A stretch of 64,000 nucleotides of DNA, taken from Lama glama. Taxonomy: Eukaryota. Both the position numbers and the translations under genes were made by a program. How positions within the stretch are numbered: the stretch's first letter is position 1; each line of letters begins with the position of its first letter. A model generated the notes under the pieces. The model made no database searches. It was not told where the DNA came from and saw only the letters and a list, made by a program, of their open reading frames with translations. The stretch spans positions 28,088,001-28,152,000 of the forward strand of contig CM052818.1 of NCBI GenBank assembly GCA_028534125.1. The letters are read 5' to 3'. Positions 12,431-27,089 of the stretch are shown one piece after another.

Positions 12431-13444
12431 TGATATGAAATGACCACAGAAGAATGAAGACCATTTAATCCATAAAGTCAGTACATTAAATGGCATAATG
12501 TCGTTAACATGTGTTGCACTGAGCCTGGTTGACAGGAATATGTGATAATTGCATATGGCGTGTTTCTGAGAGTGTATGTATATGACAGCACATGATAGGA
12601 GGCATGTAATGGTTGAAAAGTATGTTACAAAGATATTAACAATATTTTAGCCTTTGTTTCAGAAAAAAACGAAGGCCTTTGGTATCTAAGAAAAGAAAGA
12701 TAGACTCCTAATGATAAAAATAAATGTTTTTCTAAAACGAAATTATTGCATTCTTAAAATCATCTCTACTAAAGTCAGGAAGAGATAAAGATTTCCTATA
12801 ATCACTATAATTATATAATATTATCCAAATATTGTGGTAAATGTAATGAGAAATAAATAAAATTGAGACAATTAAACAAAAGGTTATAGTCACATAGCCT
12901 CTGGAGAAGAGATTCACATGTTATCTCTATCACTCAATGTGACTTTTTTTTTTTTTTTGGAGTAAAAGATAAATGGGTAGAACTACAGGCACTGTTCTAA
13001 AAACTGGGTCTAACCCTAACCACTTCCATCCCAATTTTTATGTATGTGAATACCATCAATGATGACTTCCGTACAAGAAAACAAAATGTAAAAGATTTAA
13101 GAGTCATGGAATTAAATAATTCCGTAAAGCTTCCATGTGAATAAATACAAAAGAATCTGTAAACATCATGCCATGGTCTAAAAGGTCCTGTATGTTCTTT
13201 CCTCAGATACCACTTGGATCCCACTGTTGACGTATTCCTTGAAGTCCTTGTGTTTTTTTTATTTCCCCCAACCTTTTAAAGTATAATACACAACCAGAAA
13301 AGAGAGTACACGTCTTGACATCTTTTGACGTCGCCCAGTCCCTAACCTTATACCTGTCCCAACCCTGACTCCTTTACAGACTGTATTTGTGTAAATAGGA
13401 GTGAGTTCAAGGGCTCTGGCCTCAGTCCTATCATTTTTGTTTCT

Positions 13445-13840
13445 GTAGTTGGAATGGATTCAAGTTTTATGGGCTCTGATATTTATATTCTTTGGAGGGT
13501 CCTCTTTAAGAAAAATAATTTAAAATTACAGATACCAAATTTAGTATGTAAACGAGTATGTATTTAGAATGAGAAAGAAACGGAACAATTTACAGATGTT
13601 GAAAAGCTGACAAACACTATAAACATCACAAAGTAAACAAAGTTATTATTTAACTGCCTGGTCCACATCTGTATTTTTCTGTATTTTTGGTTGCATTCTA
13701 ATGACCATGTTCTTATAAGGCACATATTTTGTAAGCTTTTCTCTAGAGAAAATCAACAGTTAATTCAGTCATCCCTTTAGGGTGGCAGATAGAAATGTAT
13801 TACTACAAGTTGAGAGGACGGTTTTTCAGCTTCACATCAT
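13445..13840. mobile_element. hAT-Tip100 DNA transposon fragment (Arthur1-like)
   Basis: 'ggattcaagttttatgggctctga...gtcctctttaagaaaaataat...tatttagaatgagaaagaaa...aaaagctgacaaacactataaacatcacaaa' matches a recalled hAT-Tip100 end. The exact family name is uncertain. Confidence 0.65.
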
Positions 13841-14194
13841 CTGGTTACTGCGAAGGCCACACACATCACTTTCTTAGAAGTCTTCTGCTTAGTTAGTACA
13901 TCTTAGGGGTGAAGGACCTTTCTGGGGCCTCCAACCCTTTGCCAGTTTGACAGACCCCAAAGCTTCTCTGCAGCAGCTGGTCCAGCTTAGCCAAGAAGCT
14001 TGGATTGGAGTTGGATCCCCTCCCAGAGGAGGGCAGAGAAGAGCCTTCTTCAGGTCTTTTACATCATTGCCAAGTTGTAGCTGGTCCTTTTCTTGAGTTA
14101 TTTGATTTATTATTTGGAGTGTGAGAGTATAGTAAAGGAGAATCTCAATTTTACCTTAGACTGTGGTCTTATAAGCATTGATTCAGTTCAAAAA

Positions 14195-14790
14195 GTCTTG
14201 AGATAAGTAAGTGCATGCTCATTATACAAAAAATTTAAAGTATAGAAAATACAAGGAAACAGGGTACTATTGCCTGGAAGCAATCACAGTTAATATTTGT
14301 TATTTTATTTCCTTCTAATTTTCTTCCTATCCATTTTACATAGTCATGAACGTGCTGAACAAGTATTTATTGTTTGGTTTTATCACTTACCATTTTGTTA
14401 TGAGCTTGTTCCCAAGTCATTAGAATTTCCTAGTAAATATTTATTAGTCTCATAATATTTTATTAACTGGATGCATCATAATTTACCATTTCTCTATTGT
14501 TGGATATTTAAATCATTTTGTCACTGATATAATGTTAGCCTGTTATCTTTGTGCTTAAGCATTTGTCTGTATCTCTGATTATTTATTGCACAGACTTTTA
14601 AAAAGAGAATTTTAGGTTTTAGAAACGGCAATATTTCTAAGGTTTTAGGTACATTTGTCAAGAGTCTTTCCATTAAGTTTTCATTACCACCTTCAATACA
14701 TAACCCATTTACCTGTTTCATAGCATCTTTTCCAGCATTACTTACTAATTAAAACACAGATTAATTTGAGAAATATAAAGTGGAATCTCC
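14195..14790 (-). mobile_element. L1ME-like 3' end
   Basis: 'catgctcattatacaaaaaatttaaagtatagaaaa', 'tctctattgttggatatttaa'. Confidence 0.6.
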
Positions 14791-15161
14791 TTAAATGGAG
14801 ACTGTTTGATAATTTTTCAGGTTTTTTTTCTGTGTTGCTTTCAACTGCATATAACTTCTTCACTTTAATGCTTTGTTTTATGATCAGCTGATGGTGTACA
14901 GTAGGTGTCATCAAACTCTACCCTTTGCTATATGACATTCATTAGAGAGATAAATATTACATCTATCCAGTCTTCCTTACTTCTGTTTTCCATTTTAGAA
15001 AATGTGCCCACTCCTACTAGTCTAATCTTAATTAAAACATCAGTACAATAATTTTTAAACACTTTTTATATTGATGTTGTTTTGAATCTGAGGTTTACAA
15101 ATAACTAAGAAATGCAGTACCAGCCTTAAAGAATGGGAAATTAAATGTAGAAATAGTCCCT

Positions 15162-15201
15162 ATCTATTTATCTATCTATCCATCTATCATCTATCTTCCA
15201 T
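15162..15201 (+). repeat. Imperfect (TATC)n
   Basis: Directly visible. Confidence 0.85.
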
Positions 15202-18124
15202 CATATTTTCATGTATCAATGCAAAGTAGCACTTGCTCCAAATGAATTGCCTGCAGCAACTACAGGTTTGAGAGGAGGATGTAATCATTAAGCTTCTATA
15301 GCCTTAGTCAATTTCATAGAGAGGAGAATTGCGAGTCTTGGAGAAAAGATAGGTCAGAGAATAAGGGGAATGATAAACGAAGAATGAGCAATGACTGGAG
15401 CGTTAGTTTTCAGGTGGATAAGTACCTGGCCTATATAGATAAGAAGAGGTGGGACTAATTTGACTAGAGATGTAACTTTCGTTGTTTCAAATTCTGCTCC
15501 ATAGGGGTCATATAGCATATTGTCTCCTACCCTGCCCCAGCCTACTATAGTGGAAAAGAGGGCTATAAATGAGAGAGAGGCTTTAAAGGGTGCATCCTAC
15601 CAACCGCCCCCCATACCTCATCCTCCGCCTTATTCAAAGCAACTATTTCCTTCTGTTTGCCTGTAGGACCCCATGCAAGATGTCCAGTGAACATAAGCAT
15701 GCTTTGTTGAAAGGATTTTAAAAGCTCTGTTGAAGGGGTGGAAGTGTGGAAAGAGCATGTAGAGTAAGTGTAGAGCAGCATGTTGGTGAGAGAAATCCAC
15801 CAAAACAGCACAGGGTAGATTTGGTTGAAAGGAACCTGTTACAAAGAGATGAACTTGAAGATTAGTGCAATTGTTCAACATTTATCAATCACTGATTGTT
15901 GACAAAACATCATTAGTCCAAGAGTAAAATGACAAACTCACTCTAGGGTGTAGCAGTTTGAATTAAAAGAAAGGGAAATGTATGCAACATTAGCATAGAA
16001 AATCCCAGGTTTGATGACAGAAAAGGAAAATTTAAAGACCTCAAACTTTTCAGATCAGGAGATTAAGGGTAAAAATGGTAAATAAAAAGGAAGAGAGAGA
16101 GAAAAAATGGGGTTAAAAGAGGGATATTGATCTGACTGTCTTATATAATTAAAATGCTATGTTTGTATTTCCACAGTATGAATTTATTAGTTTGAAATTT
16201 ATTAGTTTGTCAGGATATTTAAATGGATTTGTTCAGCTGCATCTAGAGATATAGGACTGCTGTCCATCTGCTACCCAGTAGAGAGGTTTTTGCAAATCTT
16301 GGTAAGGATAATAATAGAAGACTTTGGTGGGTATGTCTTCTAAATCGGAGTTTAAAATGAAAAAAGGGAGGTTATAATATACTGAGACTTGGGATGCTTC
16401 CTTGCTGAATACTGAGAAATAAATCCATCCATTCAGGTAAAGGAGGATAAGATGGATTCAACAACAGCCACCTCCTACACAGTCTAGGCTTTCTTCTTCC
16501 AAAGCTTAGGGTTTTGTTTTTGTTTTTGTTTGTTTTGGAGTGGAAGACAGGAGACTAACTACATTAAATCCTAACACCTCTGCCTGACCTTCAAGTTGTT
16601 GTATGACGTGCTCATTACTCTATTCAAGCATTTCTTACCTAATTCCCAGGAGGTCTTACTCCTTCCTGTCTCTTCAGCACCGTCAAATGGTTTTAAGTTC
16701 CTACTCTAGGTAGGGACAATGTCTGTTAATTCTCTCCTGTGATTTGTGCCAGAGTAGAGTCTGTTTTAAGTGGCTGCTGGGCAGTGGTGACTTTCCTACC
16801 TCACCACTTCCTAGGCATCTCTTTTGAAGAAGATAGCCCTCCAAATAGAGGAAGACTTTCCTTTTTCAGATTCGTTATCTATGAACCATCAGAGAAGCTC
16901 ACCAAGATGCATTTGTAGCATAAAATAGGACAGTAAAGTCTACACGTTCCAGTTTTACTGGGATGCTATTTTTGGATACATTTACCCTTTCACTTTATTG
17001 CCTACTAATCCTTACTGAGTCCTAGTTCCAAATCATGCAAAAAAAAAAAAAACACCCTATTATACCCAAGCAAATCAAATAACTTTGTTATCTCTTACTG
17101 CATTTTGTAATCAGTGTCACATAGTTGAGTTCTTATTTTCGGAGGTCTGTGGGTTCCTAATGGCAAGAACCTTTATCTTAATCCCTTTCTATATTCTTCA
17201 TAATGTCTCTTGTGGGTTTATGCATGTGGTATGTTCTTCATAAACACTTGTTCATTTAGGCATTTATTTAAGGAGGGTTGAAATAGCAGATAATTTGGAA
17301 AAAATTGAATCGAAGGATTATTAATAAAATAGAAGCTGCTGCTTCCTGAATATCTTTGGAAATATAAATATGAAAAATTTATGATACTGGTGTGTTATTT
17401 TTTCTCCTTTTTGTTTTAAAAACTCTTTACCTAGGTGCCTGTTTCTTAGCACTTAGAGATTAACGAGGGATGAAATTCAGCTGTGAGAGCTCTAAGCTAC
17501 CAGATAACCCCTCTCCCTGTTCTCATCTCTCCATCCTGCGCTGCCTCACTTCTTATCCCCAGACTTCAGTCTCCGTGACTCTCCTTGTTCCTTTTCTGCT
17601 ATCCTGGGCTCCCAGGCCCCTTGTTTCAGACTCTCGTTCTTACCCAGACCCTTGATAATGGTTGCTCCATTTATTCTACTATTTTTCACCAGCTTTTCTG
17701 ATTCTGGACTGTGTCCTAACTTGAATTAATCCTGCCATTTTGACTTTCATGGATTTATTTATATGTATCATTCAGACTGATTTTGACATTGCTAAATTAT
17801 GGTATTGAGTTGTTATAAAGTTAATCAGTTTTTCTCTGCAAGGCAGGTGAAAAAACAGCCACATGCAGATGTTTTAGCCCTACTTTTTTCTAAGTTTGAT
17901 TGGCAGAGTGCTGATAGCAACAAGAAAAGCATCAACTGGAAAACTGATGATTTAATGCCATATATAGATATAGCATAAGATACTAGGGCTAAATTGATTC
18001 GGGATGAAAAAAAAATCCTGGAGAACTACCTGGTATTTCCCTTTATATTTTAAACTCAGCATGATGAGGCAGACGCTAGCACTCTGAACATGAACTTAGG
18101 ATATGTTCTAAGCTTAGGATATTG

Positions 18125-18300
18125 AGCATGATGTGGAAGAAAGGACAGGAGCTTTGGCCCCAAAAGACCCAAAATGAATCTGCACTCTGTCACATGCCAG
18201 CTGAGTGACGTTCATTGCTCTGAGTTTCAGGGTCTTCTATAAAATTCACATAGTAAATAATAGGACCTGATATCATTTAAGTTGTTTCAGTTTATCTGAG
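18125..18300 (+). mobile_element. MIR SINE
   Basis: 'gcatgatgtggaagaaaggacaggagctttgg...ctctgagtttcagggtcttctataaaat'. Confidence 0.6.
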
Positions 18301-18599
18301 AGAGAGGCAGAAAGGACAGAAATGGAGAACAGTCTAACCATATACAGGTACTTCTTTTTTTCTGGCATTTTTAACTCCAGCCAGTGGGGCAAACATCTTC
18401 CCTCCAGTCCTTTATCACCCCTTCCTTATTACTTCTCCAGGTAAACAACCATGAATGTGGAGATAATATTTTAAAAGTGCAATTAAAGGTGTTAATACAC
18501 CTGCCACACTGCTCCAAAGATACTTGGATGTAGCTAAAGCTTTTCTGTCTCCAATTCCACAAAATCTACACACCTTCACTCTTTCCCTTCCTTCTGGAT

Positions 18600-19080
18600 A
18601 AAGCCAGCATCTTATTTAATGGGAAAGCATTTCCAGGACACTAATAAACATGAGCGGATGCTTACTACCTCCATTACTATTCACCTTTGTACAAGAGATT
18701 TTAGTCAATTCAATTAGATGAGAGAAGTCAATTAAAGACATAAGAATGGTTTTGAAGATCATATGATAGTATACCTGGAAAATACCAAATACTCAAAAGA
18801 AATTAAAAAATAAAAGAATTCAGTGATGTGACAGAAAATACAATTAACATACAAAAATCTAGAGCCTTTATATACTCAAATAATAAACAGAGGACATAAT
18901 GCTTAAGAAAAACCCATCTATAACAGCAACAAGAAATGTTTAAATGTTAAGAAATAAATTATTGTTTTTTTACATCTTTATTGAAATATTAGAAACACAC
19001 TTAAAAAGGAATATACAAAATCTCCATAAGGAAAATGTTAACATAGTCCTAAAAGGAACAAAATTAGACTTCAACAAATA
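18600..19080 (+). mobile_element. Degraded L1 ORF2 fragment
   Basis: 'ggatgcttactacctccattactattca', 'gatcatatgatagtatacctggaaaatacc' (decayed DDMIVYLEN motif region). Confidence 0.7.
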
Positions 19081-22000
19081 CTGATAATTCCTATTTCACG
19101 AGCAGTAAATAAAATGAAGCAGATTTATCAAGGCGTAAATGTAGAGATTGGCAGGTAGCACATCAGAGGTTTGTAGTAATGGTATACAGGTTGCCACCTG
19201 ATTCTCTGGGATTTCCTTCCCTCCTTCCTTTCCTCCCTCTCTTCCTTTTTTTTTTTTTTTTATTGTAATACATTTTCTTTACCTTTTGAAGACTTAACGT
19301 AAAAGATTAGCATCCTCATAGCACAAAGAAATTCTCAATCCTACCCCATGTACTCTGCTTTGTGATTCAGCCAAGTACTGTCATGTACTAGGTTCTCTCA
19401 GGGGGAAAAAAAAAGGGCTTGTTGAATGATTTTATTTCTTTCTTCTTCTTTTTTTTTTTTTTTTTTGCTGAGTCATAGAGCAGAGTCAAAAGTTCACAGG
19501 GTGCTGTTCTCCATAAGGTGCCCATCTGTGCTTGCTGATTTATGAACTATCTAAAGATAGAGTATGAGCACTCTTCAGTTTATGTTAACATGGAATTAAA
19601 TAATGCAGCTGTTCAGAAATCTCTGTGGTTTCAATTACTTAGTAAATTGTTATTAAATCTATAATAGTAAAAGCACAGGAGGCTATCCAGTGTTCTTGCA
19701 CCAAATGATGTATGCGCACATACACACACGTACGTGCTTACGCACACATTAGCATTCAACTGTATTAAAAATGTAAGAAAACTTATTGCTAATAATTACT
19801 TGTAGAACCTCAAAGTTTAGGTTTAATGTTTTAAACTTGTCAGCAGGTGCTCTGTTAATGCTGAACTGAACAATATTCTGCAAAATCCTGCTGTGCCCTT
19901 TGGAAGAAAACCAACAATAATAAAGGAAAGGAAAATTAACTATTAAGAAACCTTGTGCATATGTTCCTAAGAACCTGGATCTTAGCATTTTACATTTTTC
20001 CTTCCCTTTGCCAAAGATTGCACTTTGTACTAAGGAAAGGACTTGACTGGGAAAGTAGTAAGTGACACATTATTTTCTAAAGCTCCCTTGTGATCTTACT
20101 CGGCTCTTAAAATGAGGAATTGAAGCCAGAATTCTGTGCTTAATAAAATAGTATTACCTATTTTTTAAAAGTACTTTCCTCACATAACTGACATTTTTCT
20201 TTTATTTTCCTGCACTTTCTGAAAGTTCTTCAAGAAGTATGCAGTGTTTTTTTGTTGTTGTTGTTGTTGTTTTTTTTTGGTTAGGATGCAGACAAAAGCA
20301 GTTTTCAGGTATGATTCCCTCTAGAAATATTAGCTGTTGTTGAAGCACTTTTATTTGTCTGTTTTGACAATACTTTAGGATTATTGGCAAGGAGAATACT
20401 ATCCACTGAGAAAGAGAATTGATTCATTCTGAGGGAGAATTTTTTTTAAATCAGTTCCCAATTTATTGTCTCTGAAATTCAGAATTCTTCCGCTGGAAAT
20501 GCCATCCAATTAAATACAAACAAAATGAGATGATTATAATTTTATTGAGGCATGATTATCTTGAGTGTGAGAGGACAGATGAATCAAAAAATAAAAAAAT
20601 AAGCCACCACCCCAACACCCACATGACATGTATTGTGGAGTTGATATTTAAAAAAAAAGATTTTAGTGCTTGACTTAGTACATGTCAACTTAGAGCTCTC
20701 ATGAAAAGGATGAACCTTATCCTTTGTGACACAGTTACCTTCATCTTTTGCACTGAGATGATTCATTTCCTCATCATCGTGCATCACAGACAGCAGGGTT
20801 TAGCTATGACTCAACGAGCTTGCCTGTACTGAACACTGTATAACTCATAAATCCATTTAGTGTTTCTCCCTGAATTAACCACCCTGTTGTGAGGGTCGGG
20901 AGGGTGGGTCACCAGATAGGAGGAATGCGTTTAAAAATGATGGTTGTGTTTTTCAAGTTTTCCTGTCAATGGGAGATGACATCTGGGAAATGGGGGACAG
21001 CTTGGGGGTGTTCCTTCTCAAACAGACTGTGGAGAGGGAAAAACATTGTCTTACTTTATTTGATAGCTTACAATGAGAGCAGAATTCAGAAGAAGTTCAG
21101 TTCTCCCCTAGACAAGTATTCTCCCCAGTTCAGTTCTCACCCTACACAAGCATTTTTGCATTTCAGTAATCCCTTTTCTTGACTGAAGCAATGCTTTCTG
21201 AGCATGGTAAGTGGGGCTGTAATAGAGGCAGGTCTGTTTTCTGTTTTCATGGATGTGTGTGGAGTGGGAAAGTGGAAGGAACAAGAGCCAACTCTTAATC
21301 AACGTGTGAGGGGATGCAATGGCACAAACACTACTGAAACTAATTGGAGATCTATTCAGCATAGGTTCTCAGATATCACAGTGATAACATAAAAGAGAAA
21401 GCACTCCTCAGTAGTGATACGTCTGATGAAATATTGTCAAAGTGCCCACATTATAAAGAATGAAATTCATCTGTTTAATATTTATTATAGCACCTTTTGT
21501 TAGAAGAGTAGGGAAAAAAAGGGTGACTCTGAACTCCCGTGGGGAACCTGCCACAGGGATGAGTAAGACATGAGGAGGTACCCTACAGCAATGAAGAGCT
21601 CTCCCCAAAGCCAGACTGCAGTTCACAGTGATGAGCTGCATTTATCCAAAGTTCGTCTAAAACTCCAGCATTTCTTTAGGTGGGTGTCTATATAAAACAA
21701 CAAAAACAAAAGCAAAACAATTTCATTTTCCTACAAAAACACTGGATTTTTAAAGTTACTCAACTTTATAACTTGAAACACTCTCAAGGGCTGTTTTTAT
21801 AATTTAAAATTTCCTGAATACTCAATCATTCACACTCAATCCCCGCCATCATCAGAACAGGAGGAAGGGTAGGGGGCAGAGTCTCTGAGAAATAGGAACA
21901 AGTGAGTCTTCAGCCAGTTGTTTTGGGCCAAATATATATCATGCAGTGATCTAAAAAACACTCATGGAAAGAAATTAGTTTAAACAATCCAGCATTGATA

Positions 22001-22507
22001 TCCTCTGTCTCCCAGAAGAAGAAATGCAAATCAGCTTTGTCCCATACCTCAAAGATAAATTTTTTTATGAAAAAAATGAGCATCTCACAGTAAAATAGAT
22101 AAACAAAGAAACAAACAAAAGATACAAGGCAGACTGTAGAGAAAAAACAATGTATTGTGTTCCTATTTAGAGACTGATTGTTCTCACCTTCCTAGGTAAA
22201 GAGGTTGATATGAGCCAGAGCCACAGACTACAATTAATTACAGGCTTTTCCTAACCTTTCTACAAATGTGTGGAAAGAAATTTCAAGACATTCCATACAA
22301 ACCCTTGATTTCAAGAAGTGGTCATTCTCCTCTGCCTATGTGCCTCTCTAAATCCCTGATCTCCCTTCTAGAAATAAGATCACGGCCCTCTGCCTAATTC
22401 TAGTCTAAAGCTCAGAAAAATCGTACTTTATCCAGCTTTCCTCTTTGCTTTTCTATCGTGTTATCATTGACAAATTTGTTCATCTTTTTACTTTTTCTTT
22501 TATTCAC

Positions 22508-22939
22508 TGTTATGGACTGAAGATTTGTGTCCCACCAAAATTCATATGTTGAAGGCCTAATACCCAATGTGATGATATTTAGAAATGAGGACTTTGGGAA
22601 GTAATTAGAGTCTTTTCCACATGCCAATAAAAGTATATATACTTTGGAAAGAATTAAGTCATGAGGGTGGGCCGTCACATGGGATTAGTGGCTTTATACA
22701 AAGAAGAAGAGAGAGGACTCTCCCTGTCCACGTGCAAGCACAGAAGAAAGCCCATGGTGAGGACACAGTGTGAGAAGTGGGCCATCTATAAGCCAGGAAG
22801 AGATTTCTGACCAGAAACTGAATCAGCTGACCCCTTGATTTTGGGCTTCCTAGCATCCAGAACTGTGAGAAATAAATTTCTATTGCTTAACTCACCCAGT
22901 GAATATATTTTGTTATGGCAGCATGAGATGTTCAAGACA
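22508..22939 (+). mobile_element. MLT1A/MLT1A0 solo MaLR LTR
   Basis: TG...CA ends: starts 'tgttatggactgaa..tgtgtcccaccaaaattcatatgttgaa', contains 'ccagaactgtgagaaataaatttct', ends 'aagaca'. Confidence 0.93.
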
Positions 22940-23454
22940 TATATTATTATACATTTGATGAGTATTTATAGAAAAGGAAGTGTCCTCATCACCTGTTTCC
23001 TTAATAAATGACTTTTCCTTGTCAGTTTAGTGATAAATGAGCAAAAACAAGAGCAGTAAAACTGAGTCCTGATCAAGGTATGGAAAGAACTTTTGTGCTC
23101 TCCTAGTAGGACTATAAATTGATATTTCTTCTGTGAAACTCATACTGACAGTTTGCTTCAAAACCATTTTACTTGCTAATCCCATCTCTCAGGGTGTATC
23201 CTAAGGCTAGAGTCAGAGATGTTAAAGATTCATTTCCTGCTCATGATTCAGACATTCTCCATTATATTTTGTTAAAACAAACTCTTGGCCAATATCAAAA
23301 AACATAAAACCAGCAACACCAAGCATCAGTAGCTTGGCACACGGCAATGTTGTTATTTACTATCCAATATTGGATATGCTACTGTGGAATTAACTTATAT
23401 CCATTTGGATATTCACTCACTGATTCAGTAAACATACAGAAATCTGGTTGTGTG

Positions 23455-24390
23455 CCAGATTTGTATCTCCAGTCCAGACCATTTCCCTCAAATCCAGGCT
23501 TGAGTAACTTCTGCCTATTAGACCTTTCAATTTGAAAGTTTAATAGGCGTCAACTTAATATGCCCTGAACTGATCCCTTCTCTTCCTGTAACTTCGTGTT
23601 GCTCAGGCTAAAATTTTGGACCATCCTTTATTTCCATCACTATTTCACACTTGACATTCAATGCATTAGCAAATTCTGTGAGCTCCATCCTCACTTTTAA
23701 CCACCTCTGCTGCTACCAGTATATCTCATCTGGATTAGTGCAGAAGCCCAACTGGACTTCCATATCCATGCTTGGCACCTCTAGTTTATTTTCAGCACAG
23801 TCCATAGAGCAACCATTTTAAAACAAATCAAGAGAGGTTAATCCTTATGGCAAAACCCTCCAAATGGCTCCCCATACTCCGCAGCATGAAAGCCACTGTG
23901 CTTTCAGTGGTGCCTGAGTCCTACAAGATCTGGCTCAATATCACTGTGGCTTTGTCTCCAAAACTCTCCTCTGAGCTTACTCCTATCAAAACTACACTTG
24001 CTTCCTTGATATTCTTTGACTCTATCAAACACGGACCTGCCTTAGGGCCTTTTTTCTTACTTCCCCTCTAGCCAGAATCCTCTCCTTGACATCCCCAAGA
24101 CTTACTTCACATCTTCAAGTGTCTGCTCAACTGTCATCTTTTCTGTGAGAGCTTCCTTTTCTGTCCTATATCTCATTGCACACACTCCTGTTCTCTTTTA
24201 CTCCATACTGTCTTTACAGTTTTTCATAATTTATATACATTTTTCATTTACTGTATATTTTCTTATATATTTGATTAACATTATTTTTCTGCTTTTACTG
24301 ACTATAAACAGAAAAATCCACTTGTGCAAGGATTTCTTTTTTGCTTGTGACAAAACAGATGTGCACTAATTATTGGTTAGTGAATAAATG
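23455..24390 (+). mobile_element. L2 LINE 3' portion
   Basis: 'tatctccagtccagacc...ctgcctattagacc', 'aaaaccctccaaatggctcccca', terminal 'gtgaataaatg'. Confidence 0.8.
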
Positions 24391-27089
24391 TGTTATGCAC
24401 CAAGTAAAATAGTGGCTGATTTGTAGCATTTACTTTTTTATAGTGTAAGACATATCCTACTAAACACCTGTTAATTCAAGAGGAAAAGACACTGAAATTC
24501 TAAATAAGTATTTTCAGATGGTTTTTAGTACAAGCTTCCTCATCCACATTTTTTATGAAGTATCACCACCTCCTACCTCAAAGGGATGATACAGACTTTG
24601 ACAAGGAAAGCATCACCTGTAGACTAGTGGCCCAGTTGCTTGAAAATCTGGGACATCATTCCCTGCTCAAGACTAAACAAGCCTTTGCTTGATGGAGGAA
24701 ATAGTTATTGAGATTCCCTTTCCACCAGTCTGTAGAGAATGGGATTTGGGTTTAAATTTTGACTGATGATGGAAAATCAGTGTGACATATCTCATACCAT
24801 GTTTTGTCAGACATTTATATTGCTTATTATATTATTACATACTAATATTAGGATCTAAATTAAGAATTTTATTAGGCCCAAAAAGAACCCATCCAGCTAG
24901 CCTTTTGCATTTCTTGAACTTCCAGACTTCTAGAAGAGCTACGGTCTGAAAGCAGCCTCTCTCAATCATTACCCACATTTTAACTCTCTTAGAACACTCT
25001 TGCTCTTGACATGTATTGTCCCCCCACAGAAAATGTCTTGTAATCACTAACAAATTTCTAAATCTAACCAACCTCTCATAAATTTAGAAGACAAATAATG
25101 CTGTTTGTTTGCAGGCATATATAAAGTTGAACCCTCTCAGGTAAAATTAAAATTATTCTGAGGTTAGAAAAATAGTATTAGAAAGAAGACATAAAGACAA
25201 GTCTCCACATCACCCACGTTTATGTTTTTGTCAGAGTCAGCTGTTTCAAGAATAGAGGCCCTTTCTGGGGGAGGTTTGTGAATACAGTACCAAATTGAAT
25301 GGCCTAGAAATATGTATTTATGAAATGAGTAGATGAGACCCATATGCTCTTATTCTAATGGTTTATCATCATAATGTATTCAGGGAAGAACTCAGGGGCT
25401 GGTTGGGTTGCTAATTTGATGTTGCCAAGAAACTGAATTCTCATGGTCCTTATATGCAATGCTGAAAAGCTTGCTTTGGTTTCTTTGCAACACTTTACAG
25501 TCATTCCCATTTGTTTAATTAATTTCCAACCTGTGCTAGAAGTGTTGGCTTTGAAGGATATTATATTATTTGTCGTGTCCAAAATTGTTTTTTTCTGCCA
25601 TACTTGTTTTCTAGTAAGGTTTTGAAATTCAGATTCTCATTGAAAACCATTAATTTGCAAACTACTTTTTCCTCCCGTTTACGACCTGAAGTGATCTACT
25701 TGCATAGGATTATTAATGAGTTTTCAGTATATAATATTCATACTTTGAGGTTGAGTTTTTCTGGTTGTAGTGTTCAAGATATCAAGTCGGAGGTTCAGGG
25801 AAGACAGTATCGGGCATGCCAATCAGGAAACTCACGAGAATGTCAATTTACTGAGATAAAGTCTTATTAACCAGCATCATTTGCAGGACTGGGAGCTGAT
25901 TTGCTTTAGCAAAACTCCTCATCCCCCCCGCCCAAAAAAAAACCCACTATCAAACTGCACCCTTTTGTTTTGTTACTTCTGGATAACATTTAAAATACTT
26001 CCCATAAAAATAGGGACATATGGCATATCTTCAGATGTCATATCTGAGAAAACTGGGCCCACCTTCCTGTCTGATAACACTTGAAAGAAGTTGATGGGAA
26101 GTTATCATCATTTAAATGAGACAAAAAAGATCATCTAGATTAAAAAGAAAGTGATTTAATCATGGGTGTTACTTGCTGGGACCTTGTTGGCATTTGAGTT
26201 TGCAGCCTGTATTATTGAAATCTACAATCTCAGCTAAGTCTATAGTTTAATACAGTCATTTGTGAATAGGAATGTAAATAGAATAATTCAGAAAAGTTTA
26301 TTGAACACCTGCTAAAATAGGTGGAACAACATGCCTCAGTTCTCCAGAAGGTGCATTCCTCGAGAATCTTGGATAGGAAAGGCATTAAATTCTATTGGAT
26401 TTTAGCTGAAGGAAAGCCTATGGCCTCTAAGTTGAAAGTGGCAGAAATAGAGTTTGGAATACCACACAGATTTATATATTGATCTAGAGGAAACTACAGT
26501 TTTCTCAAGAGATACTGGTCATAGAATTCTAGCAACCATAAAGTACTGAAAATTCTTTTACAGCTACTTTTATGGTAGCCTAAATTGATTTAATAGAGCC
26601 CTGTCAAATCAATTCATCCTCTTAACTCTTAGACTGCATTATCTTAATTTGAATTGTTGGTGAACGAGGCCACCGATCAACTGTGGGTACATATGATATA
26701 TGATGTATCGTTCATAAGGCCAGCTACCTGAAGAATGAAGTCACAGTTGTAAAAGAAATTGTGAACTGAGTTCTGCATAACTTGAATACCCCTGAATGAT
26801 GATTCTCTATTTGCAGGCACACTACATGCAATCTTTTTATCAAGGAAAGAATTATCACGTACATTTATATGCATATAAGATTGGAAATGTAAGAATTATA
26901 GCTCATATAGCAGTAGCTAAACTGAATATACAGTTTCAAGTAATAATTTAATATATATGAGGCAATCCTTAGCATTACACATACACATTTTATTCTCGTC
27001 GAGTTGAAACATTCTTTTGGAGATGAGCAAGAATGTGGGATGAGAAAAGCCATGTGTTTAGCAAATACAAAAAGTATCTTGTTAATGGC

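Noticed and set aside
15667..15763. Plus-strand 97-nt exon-like segment (tttgcctgtag|...|gtaagt)
   Set aside because: Stops in all three frames, no partner exons identified, and expected by chance.
19709..19749. Alternating purine-pyrimidine tract (possible Z-DNA)
   Set aside because: Short degenerate CA/TG microsatellite, common in mammals.
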